Origin: an uncultured Weeksellaceae bacterium
GTDB taxonomy: Bacteria > Bacteroidota > Bacteroidia > Flavobacteriales > BACL11
Reading direction: 5' to 3'
Assembly (NCBI GenBank): GCA_964478325.1
Contig: CAYZIA010000002.1
Coordinates: 1-41,055, forward strand
DNA: 41,055 nt
The position numbers were made by a program, and so were the translations under genes. Shown here piece after piece: positions 1 through 6,474 of the stretch. Under the pieces are notes generated by a model. It was not told the origin of the DNA. It saw only the letters and a list, made by a program, of their open reading frames with translations, and made no database searches. How positions within the stretch are numbered: the stretch's first letter is position 1; each line of letters starts with the position of its first letter.

Positions 1-837
1 GGCGATATTTTTGGAGGAGCACATCCTTTTGAAAGCTTTTTTGGAGGTGGTGGAAGAGGTAATCAAAGGATAGTAAAAGGGAGTAATTTGAGAATCCGTC
101 TTTCCTTAAATTTGAAAGAAGTGTCAGAGGGAGTAGATAAAAAAATAAAAGTTAGTCGACTTACAAATGCAGATGGAGTAACTTATAAGACATGTGACAC
201 TTGCCATGGAAGTGGGCAGGTTACTAGATTGAGTAATACCATCTTAGGACAAATGCAAACCTCAAGTCCTTGCCCACATTGTAACGGAAATGGTAAGAGC
301 ATTGATAAACGTCCATCAGGAACAAATACAAATGGCATGCTCAAAAAGGAAGAAACAGTAAAAATTACAATCCCAGCAGGAGTAGAAGATGGTATGCAAT
401 TAAAAGTAGGAGGTAAAGGGAATGCCGCTCCTTTTGATGGTGTAAATGGCGATCTGATTGTATTGATTTCTATTGAAAAGGATGAAAATCTTATTCGTGA
501 TGGACAAAATCTACATTACGAACATTATATTAGTTTCTCAGATGCAGCACTTGGGACTTCCGCAGAAATTCCGACCATAAATGGTAAAGCTAAGGTAAAG
601 CTAGAAAGTGGAATACAATCTGGTAGAATATTACGCCTTAAGGGGAAAGGATTACCATCAGTAAATACTTATGGAAAAGGAGATTTGCTAGTACACATAA
701 ATGTATGGACACCACAGAATTTGAGTAAAGAAGAAAAAAAATTCTTTGAGAAATGTTGTGATACCAAAAATTTCAAACCCAAGCCAACAAAAAATGACAA
801 ATCCTTTTTTGATAGGGTAAGAGAAATGTTTGGCTAG
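1..837 (+). CDS. dnaJ: Molecular chaperone DnaJ, C-terminal 278 codons (5' end lies upstream of the window)
   Basis: Frame 1 is open from base 1 (GDIFGG...GGGGRG Gly/Phe linker) and runs into ORF-track entry 88..837. It has CxxCxGxG zinc-finger motifs (CDTCHGSG, CPHCNGNG) followed by DnaJ C-terminal domains (GDLIVLI, GDLLVHINVWTP). Stop is TAG at 835-837. Confidence 0.93.
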   Translation, partial: GDIFGGAHPFESFFGGGGRGNQRIVKGSNLRIRLSLNLKEVSEGVDKKIKVSRLTNADGVTYKTCDTCHGSGQVTRLSNTILGQMQTSSPCPHCNGNGKSIDKRPSGTNTNGMLKKEETVKITIPAGVEDGMQLKVGGKGNAAPFDGVNGDLIVLISIEKDENLIRDGQNLHYEHYISFSDAALGTSAEIPTINGKAKVKLESGIQSGRILRLKGKGLPSVNTYGKGDLLVHINVWTPQNLSKEEKKFFEKCCDTKNFKPKPTKNDKSFFDRVREMFG

Positions 838-838
838 C

Positions 839-1735
839 ATGCAAGAAAACATTCTAATAGCAAAAGATGTCGTAAAAAAATTCAGCAATTACACTGTCTT
901 AAATCATATAAATATTGAAGTCCCAAAAGAAAGTATTTTCGGGCTTTTAGGTCCAAATGGTGCAGGGAAAACAACCCTCATGCGCATCATAAACCAAATA
1001 ATTGCACCAGATTCTGGTTCCCTCATTTTTGATGGCAACAAGCTAAAAAGAGAAGATATTGCAAAAATCGGTTATTTACCAGAAGAAAGAGGACTTTACA
1101 AAAAGATGAAAGTAGGCGAACAAGCTCTTTATTTGGCAAAATTAAAAGGAATGTTACATAAAGAAGCGATTGAAAAACTCAAGTATTGGTTCGAAAAATT
1201 GGAGATTTTACATTGGTGGAACAAAAAGGTGGAAGAACTCAGCAAGGGAATGGCTCAAAAAGTTCAGTTTGTAGTAACGGTAATTCATGAGCCAAAATTG
1301 TTGATTTTTGATGAGCCATTTTCAGGTTTTGATCCTATAAATGCAGCAATTATTCGAAAAGAAATTTTGGAATTAAGCAAAAATGGGACAAGCATTATTT
1401 TCTCTACTCACAGAATGGAATCAGTAGAAGAAATTTGCAGTCATATTGCCTTAATCGATAAAGGGGTATGTATTTTACAAGGAGAAATTGAAAAAATAAA
1501 AAAGGATTTTAGAAATAGTACTTTTTTGGTGGAGCTAAAAACAGAGAGTCTTTCTTTACCAAAAAATTTTGAAATAATTAATAAAGATAATAAAGAATAT
1601 CAGATTCAAATAAAAGATAATGCTTCTGCAAACGATTTACTAAAAGTACTTTTACAAAATGAAGAGATCATTTCCTTTAAGGAGAAAATACCAACAATGG
1701 AGGATATTTTTATAAAAGCGATAAATAATGAATAA
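839..1735 (+). CDS. ABC transporter ATP-binding protein (ABC-2/NatA-like, with a C-terminal accessory domain)
   Basis: Walker [10 protein letters not shown], signature LSKGMAQK and Walker B LLIFDEP are present. I prefer the ATG at 839 (MQENIL...) to the TTG at 830 given by the ORF track. It overlaps the downstream permease gene by 8 nt. Confidence 0.9.
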   Translation: MQENILIAKDVVKKFSNYTVLNHINIEVPKESIFGLLGPNGAGKTTLMRIINQIIAPDSGSLIFDGNKLKREDIAKIGYLPEERGLYKKMKVGEQALYLAKLKGMLHKEAIEKLKYWFEKLEILHWWNKKVEELSKGMAQKVQFVVTVIHEPKLLIFDEPFSGFDPINAAIIRKEILELSKNGTSIIFSTHRMESVEEICSHIALIDKGVCILQGEIEKIKKDFRNSTFLVELKTESLSLPKNFEIINKDNKEYQIQIKDNASANDLLKVLLQNEEIISFKEKIPTMEDIFIKAINNE

Positions 1736-2999
1736 AATTTGGCTTATTATAAAAAGAGAATACCTGATAAGGGTTCGTAAGAGATCTTTTATTATCATGA
1801 CAATTCTAGGTCCCTTACTTATGGCTGGAATTATAATTCTACCAACTTATCTGGCGATGCAAGGAAATAATGAAAGAACTATCGCATTATATGAAGAAAA
1901 CACTTCTTTCTCTTCCAAATTAGAGGATACTGATAATTTACATTTTGTAAAAATTCCTGCTCAGGAAGTCAGTATTCTTAAAGAAGATTTTGCTGAAAGC
2001 CCCTATTATGCTTTACTTGTTATAAAAGATCCTCAAACTTTCTCCCTTTATTCCAATCAGCAAGTAAGTTTGAGTATTAAAGAAGAGATTGAGGATAAGA
2101 TAGCGGTTATTATTCAAGAAAAGAAGCTAGAACTAGCTGGTATTGATTTGCAAATTTTAGAAGAAGTAACTACAGCAATAGAGGTAAAAACTATCATAAT
2201 TAGGGAAGAAGGAGAAACAAGTGGTAATGCAGAAGTAAGTTTCGGTATTGCTTTCATGTGTGGTATTCTTATTTATATGTTTATTTTCATGTATGGAACT
2301 ATGGTTATGCGTGGGGTAATTGAGGAAAAAACAAGCAGAATTGTTGAAGTAATTATTTCCTCTGTAAAACCATTTCAACTGATGATGGGTAAAATTTTAG
2401 GAGTTGCCCTCGTTGGTCTTACTCAATTTATGCTTTGGATTTTTCTTACTATAATAATATCCTCTTTTGCAGAAATTCTATTTTTTGATGCAACAACTAT
2501 TACCTCCGAAAGTGTAGAAATAGGAAAAGAACAATCTATTATACTTTCTGAACTTTTAAAAGCATTAGCTGGAATAAATATCCCCCAACTCTTAAGTGCA
2601 TTTGTATTTTACTTTTTAGGAGGTTATTTACTGTATAGTGCTCTTTTTGCAGCAGTTGGCTCTGCAGTAGATGCTGAGGCAGATACCCAGCAATTTATCT
2701 TACCTATTACCATGCCGCTTATTATCTCTTTTATCTTAATGCAGCCAGTAATGGATAACCCAGATGGTGTATTGGCTTATTGGACTTCACTTATTCCATT
2801 TACTTCACCAATTATTATGATGGTACGTTTGCCTTTTGGGGTAAGTAATCCGGAATTAATGATTTCCATAGTTTTATTAATTGTAGGATTTCTAGCAACT
2901 ACCTCTTTCGCAGCTAAAATTTACCAAACAGGAATATTAATGTATGGTAAAAAAGCATCATATAAAGAATTATGGAAATGGCTAACTTATAAGGGATAA
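1728..2999 (+). CDS. ABC-2 type transporter permease (NatB-like)
   Basis: An N-terminal TM helix is followed by a large extracytoplasmic loop and then 5-6 C-terminal TM helices. It is translationally coupled to the upstream ATPase gene. Confidence 0.85.
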   Translation: MNKIWLIIKREYLIRVRKRSFIIMTILGPLLMAGIIILPTYLAMQGNNERTIALYEENTSFSSKLEDTDNLHFVKIPAQEVSILKEDFAESPYYALLVIKDPQTFSLYSNQQVSLSIKEEIEDKIAVIIQEKKLELAGIDLQILEEVTTAIEVKTIIIREEGETSGNAEVSFGIAFMCGILIYMFIFMYGTMVMRGVIEEKTSRIVEVIISSVKPFQLMMGKILGVALVGLTQFMLWIFLTIIISSFAEILFFDATTITSESVEIGKEQSIILSELLKALAGINIPQLLSAFVFYFLGGYLLYSALFAAVGSAVDAEADTQQFILPITMPLIISFILMQPVMDNPDGVLAYWTSLIPFTSPIIMMVRLPFGVSNPELMISIVLLIVGFLATTSFAAKIYQTGILMYGKKASYKELWKWLTYKG

Positions 3000-3183
3000 C
3001 AATAAGACAATGATAAAAAGCTCATTTTTTACCTTTTTTTCCTCTTTTTATCCTAAAAAATAGCCCAAAATACATTAAAAATACACAACATATCTATTTG
3101 ATTTACAGTATTTTAACGCTTATTTAAACAATTAAATGTTAAAAAAGGGGCTTACTTTTGTTGGTCATACTATTTGATAAGCT

Positions 3184-3191
3184 TATCTTTG
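3184..3191 (+). promoter_or_regulatory. Candidate Bacteroidetes -7 promoter box (TATCTTTG) for the first porin-like gene
   Basis: Exact match to TAnnTTTG, 29 nt upstream of the ATG at 3221. A TTTG lies at 3157-3160, a 23-nt spacer that is at the long edge for a -33 element. Confidence 0.45.
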
Positions 3192-3195
3192 CCCC

Positions 3196-3207
3196 GTATT
3201 AACCAAA
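3196..3207 (+). promoter_or_regulatory. Shared leader motif GTATTAACCAAA, copy 1
   Basis: An identical 12-mer recurs at 4413-4424, at the same position relative to the -7-like box and ATG of the next gene. It would sit at or near the predicted mRNA 5' end. Confidence 0.4.
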
Positions 3208-3220
3208 TAAATAATTAATT

Positions 3221-4246
3221 ATGAAAAAGAATTTACGAAACATCTTGACGCTTGCGTTAGGATTTGTAACAGTTATCGCTACTGCCCAAAGTTGGGATGC
3301 TGACTCTAGAACTAGGGTTGACATGGGTGGTGATAACGATCAGTTTACAACTGATCAAAGAACTTCTCTTGGCGTAAGCTGGGGAGGAAATGGCTGGGGT
3401 ATTAATGTTAGTGCTACTCATAACTATGACCTTGGTACTGCTGGATCTTCAATGAGTTGGAATGAAGCTTATGCTACTACTGACCTTATGGGTTATGCTA
3501 GTGTAGCTGTTGGTCGTCAAGCTCTTGATTATGGTAGTGGAGCTGTAATGGGAAGCAATGATTGGGGTTCAAACCCAAACACTCATGATGGTGGTGTGTT
3601 TTCTATTGCTAACGACATGCTAGGACTTGATCTTGGTGTTTACAAGAACAATGCTGGTGATGGTGTTGATGAAGGAACTACAAATTATTTTGTAAACGCT
3701 TCTAAATCTGATGGAGACTGGAGTATGAATCTTCTTTATTTAAGTAATGAAGATGAGTCTAGTGCTATGGGATTAGATATCGGTTACGCTATGATGGGTG
3801 GTGATCTTGACTTAGATATAAGTTATAACACTGCTTCTGGTTGGGCTGATGAAGATGATGAAGACATGATGTCAATTGGTGCTACTTACAATGTAAATGA
3901 TGATATGTCTGTATCTGCTACTAGAACTACTTATGGTGAAGGTGGATTTGATATGGATGGATCTAATGTAGGTGGTTGGGCTTCTCATGGAAACATGGGT
4001 TACCTAGGAGCTAATGATGAAGATATGGCTTTTGGTGTTTCTTATGCAATGGGTGACTTTACATTAGGTCTAACAATGCATAACATCACTAACACAGAAG
4101 ATGAAGATGCAGAAAGAAATGTAACTGAAGCAAACTTTGATTACAATATGAGCGATAACGCTAATGTTGGTATCAAATATGCTACAGATGATGCTTCTGG
4201 AGAAGATGTAAAATATATGTGGTTAACTTTATCTGTTACTCCGTAA
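3221..4246 (+). CDS. Secreted, highly acidic outer-membrane beta-barrel protein (porin-like; possibly Alginate_exp-type), referred to as L1
   Basis: Signal peptide MKKNLRNILTLALGFVTVIATA|Q. The sequence has an alternating hydrophobic/polar strand pattern. The motif VGRQALDYGSGAVMGSNDWGSNPNTHDG resembles the GRQxLxxGxGRLxGxxxWxN...FDG core of alginate-export-family porins. It is a paralogue of 5377..6462. A strong terminator follows. Confidence 0.75.
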   Translation: MKKNLRNILTLALGFVTVIATAQSWDADSRTRVDMGGDNDQFTTDQRTSLGVSWGGNGWGINVSATHNYDLGTAGSSMSWNEAYATTDLMGYASVAVGRQALDYGSGAVMGSNDWGSNPNTHDGGVFSIANDMLGLDLGVYKNNAGDGVDEGTTNYFVNASKSDGDWSMNLLYLSNEDESSAMGLDIGYAMMGGDLDLDISYNTASGWADEDDEDMMSIGATYNVNDDMSVSATRTTYGEGGFDMDGSNVGGWASHGNMGYLGANDEDMAFGVSYAMGDFTLGLTMHNITNTEDEDAERNVTEANFDYNMSDNANVGIKYATDDASGEDVKYMWLTLSVTP

Positions 4247-4270
4247 TTTTATACTGATACAAAGATTAAA

Positions 4271-4297
4271 AAGAGCTCCTTCTGGAGCTCTTTTTTT
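4271..4297 (+). terminator. Rho-independent terminator after L1
   Basis: The stem AAGAGCTCC / GGAGCTCTT (7 bp G73-C90..C79-G84, extendable by two A-T pairs) has a 4-nt TTCT loop and is followed by a T7 run at 4291-4297. Confidence 0.8.
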
Positions 4298-4412
4298 ATG
4301 CTTTTTATATAGTATTTATACTTTATTTCTGATTGTATGACTAACAAATTATTGTTAACAACTGAAAACGGTATTTAAAGAATATAGAGCAAACATTTAT
4401 ATCTTGCAACCA

Positions 4413-4424
4413 GTATTAACCAAA
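4413..4424 (+). promoter_or_regulatory. Shared leader motif GTATTAACCAAA, copy 2, preceded by a degenerate -7-like TATATCTTG at 4398-4406
   Basis: Identical 12-mer to 3196-3207. The surrounding roughly 25 nt align with the L1 promoter/leader (TATCTTTGCCCC-GTATTAACCAAA versus TATCTT-GCAACCAGTATTAACCAAA). Confidence 0.4.
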
Positions 4425-4435
4425 ATTATAGAAAA

Positions 4436-4837
4436 ATGAAAAAAGTATTTTTAACTGCAGTTCTTGCATTTGCAACAATCTTTGCTTCTGCTCAAATCAT
4501 GGTAGTTACTACTTATGATGGAGATCAAGAAGAGAGCATGGACAAATTAACTGCCAACATGGGAATTGGATACTCAATCAGTGATAATATTGTAATTGGT
4601 GGAGTGAAAAATGGAGATGATTATGATTTATTTGCTCGTTATAATTGTAAAGATGATCTCTATATCTCATTACAGATGGCTGGAGGAGATAATGAAGGTA
4701 CCACTATTGGAGTAGGGTATTCTTTAAATGTATGGAACAGTTTATATCTTGAACCAAACTATAGTATGGCAACAGAAAAGGATGAAAATGGTGATAGAGA
4801 GAGTGAATTTAACCTAGGAATAGGTTACAGGTTCTAA
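4436..4837 (+). CDS. Small secreted outer-membrane beta-barrel-like protein (about 114 aa mature), referred to as S1
   Basis: Signal peptide MKKVFLTAVLAFATIFASA|Q. I count about eight short amphipathic strands. The C-terminal GIGYRF has a terminal Phe, the typical OMP beta-signal. It is a paralogue of 4929..5351. Confidence 0.8.
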   Translation: MKKVFLTAVLAFATIFASAQIMVVTTYDGDQEESMDKLTANMGIGYSISDNIVIGGVKNGDDYDLFARYNCKDDLYISLQMAGGDNEGTTIGVGYSLNVWNSLYLEPNYSMATEKDENGDRESEFNLGIGYRF

Positions 4838-4854
4838 GAAATAACTCTTTAAAA
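4832..4854 (+). repeat. 23-nt exact repeat spanning the stop codon and 3' flank of S1 (TTCTAAGAAATAACTCTTTAAAA)
   Basis: Identical to 5346-5368 at the end of S2. With the preceding TTACAG it extends to a 30-nt match with one mismatch. Confidence 0.9.
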
Positions 4855-4860
4855 AAAATC

Positions 4861-4887
4861 AAAGCCAGCTTTTAGCTGGCTTTTTTT
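4861..4887 (+). terminator. Rho-independent terminator after S1
   Basis: GCCAGCT / AGCTGGC stem with a 3-nt loop, an upstream A-tract and a T7 run at 4881-4887. Confidence 0.8.
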
Positions 4888-4890
4888 ATA

Positions 4891-4898
4891 TACATTTG
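4891..4898 (+). promoter_or_regulatory. Candidate -7 promoter box (TACATTTG) for S2 and L2
   Basis: Exact TAnnTTTG immediately after the S1 terminator, 30 nt upstream of the ATG at 4929. Confidence 0.45.
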
Positions 4899-4928
4899 TC
4901 CTATACTAAATAAACTAAATATAGAAAA

Positions 4929-5351
4929 ATGAAAAAGTTAATTTTAACAACAGTATTAGCAATAATAACATTATTTGTTTCTGCACAAAGTTTCATAGTT
5001 GTGACTAATGTAACTAAAACAGCTGATGGAGAGGAAATTGGAATAGAAAATATTACGAATAGAATAGGTGTTGGTTACCAAGTAAACAATAACTTAATTA
5101 TTGGTTTACAATCTGCTGCAAGAGATGATGGACATGATATGTTCTTACGTTACCTATGGCAAGAAAACATCTATGTATCATTAAGCATGCCGACTGAGGA
5201 GGCTACTGATAATATGAAAATTGGTATTGGTTTTTCTTTAAATATTTCAGGAAATTTGTATGTTGAACCAAATTATAATATACCACTTAGTAATGATGCT
5301 AGTGGAAACAGAGATGGTGACTTTGACTTAGGGCTATCTTACAGATTCTAA
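4929..5351 (+). CDS. Small secreted outer-membrane beta-barrel-like protein (about 121 aa mature), referred to as S2
   Basis: Signal peptide MKKLILTTVLAIITLFVSA|Q. It aligns along its full length with S1 (IGVGYQV/MGIGYSI, LYVEPNY/LYLEPNY) and ends GLSYRF. Confidence 0.8.
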   Translation: MKKLILTTVLAIITLFVSAQSFIVVTNVTKTADGEEIGIENITNRIGVGYQVNNNLIIGLQSAARDDGHDMFLRYLWQENIYVSLSMPTEEATDNMKIGIGFSLNISGNLYVEPNYNIPLSNDASGNRDGDFDLGLSYRF

Positions 5352-5368
5352 GAAATAACTCTTTAAAA
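5346..5368 (+). repeat. 23-nt exact repeat, copy 2, at the stop codon and 3' flank of S2
   Basis: Identical to 4832-4854. Confidence 0.9.
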
Positions 5369-5376
5369 TAATTAAA

Positions 5377-6462
5377 ATGAAAAAATATATACGTAATATA
5401 TTATTGATAAGCTTAGTGATTAGTTCAAGTATCTGTTTTTCTCAAGACTGGAGCGGAGATTCAAGGATTAGAGTAGAAAATTATCAGACAGAAAATGAAG
5501 AAGATAGTCAATTAAACTCTACTAATCGTAGTCGTTTGGGTATAAAATGGAGTGGTGATAAATGGAGTATGAATATGATTGGTAATCATTATTATAAATT
5601 CCAAGATGGAGAAAAAGATGAGAGTAGTTCTGGAAACGCTTCAGTGTATGAAGCAAGTATCTCAACAGAATTACCATTTGGCGTAACACTTAGTGCAGGT
5701 AGAATGGCTTTAAATTATGGAGATGGACGTATAATTGGAAATGATAATTGGGGAAATAATGGACGAACTCATGACGGATTTGTAATAAGATATGAATCTG
5801 AAGATCTTTTAAAGATAGATATTGGCACAGATGCTGTAGAAAGAGATCGTAATAAAGATTGGGCATATATATACCTTTCTAGGGAAGTAGATAATTTAAA
5901 TATTGATGGAGCTTACCTTATTGCAAATGCTAAAAATACTATGGGAATTGCATTGGATTTTAATACAATGGATAGCAAACTTAATCTTGGATTTGATTAT
6001 TGGAATCAAACCTGGTATGAAACTGCTAATGTAGAAAACAAAGATGAGACCGCTGGTCTTATGGCTATTTCTATAAACTATACCTTAAACGAAAAAATTA
6101 ATATAGGTGGCGGAATGGATATATTTTCTGAGACAAATGGTGGCACATGGAATGCCTCTTGGGGAGATTATCATCAATTTAATGGAGCTATGGATTTAGT
6201 AGCTAAAAACATGAATGGGTCCTGGGATGATATGTATTTTAATCTTGGTTATGACCTAAATAACTGGGGTTTAGTAGGATTAGTTTACCACATGATGTCT
6301 GATGATGATAACGAAGAATTAGGAGGGAATGAGATTGATATTTCATTAACCAATACATTAAATGATCATATTAATTATGGATTTGGTTATTCTATGTTTA
6401 CTCCAAATGATGATAGTGATGGTTCTAGTTGGATGTATTTACAGATTTCTGCTACACCATAG
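5377..6462 (+). CDS. Secreted acidic outer-membrane beta-barrel protein (porin-like), paralogue of L1, referred to as L2
   Basis: Signal peptide MKKYIRNILLISLVISSSICFS|Q. Motifs shared with L1 are DWSGDSRIRVE/SWDADSRTRVD, AGRMALNYGDGRIIGNDNWGNNGRTHDG and the C-terminal WMYLQISATP/YMWLTLSVTP. It lies only 25 nt after S2 with no terminator between them, so it is probably co-transcribed. Confidence 0.75.
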   Translation: MKKYIRNILLISLVISSSICFSQDWSGDSRIRVENYQTENEEDSQLNSTNRSRLGIKWSGDKWSMNMIGNHYYKFQDGEKDESSSGNASVYEASISTELPFGVTLSAGRMALNYGDGRIIGNDNWGNNGRTHDGFVIRYESEDLLKIDIGTDAVERDRNKDWAYIYLSREVDNLNIDGAYLIANAKNTMGIALDFNTMDSKLNLGFDYWNQTWYETANVENKDETAGLMAISINYTLNEKINIGGGMDIFSETNGGTWNASWGDYHQFNGAMDLVAKNMNGSWDDMYFNLGYDLNNWGLVGLVYHMMSDDDNEELGGNEIDISLTNTLNDHINYGFGYSMFTPNDDSDGSSWMYLQISATP

Positions 6463-6474
6463 CTTTCTATATAT

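Noticed and set aside
688-2378. ORF-track entries 688..888 (-) and 2157..2378 (-), antisense to dnaJ, the ABC ATPase and the ABC-2 permease
   Set aside because: They lie wholly inside or across well-supported genes on the other strand. Their translations are low-complexity Phe/Ile/Asn/Tyr-rich, typical of AT-rich antisense frames, and carry no motifs.
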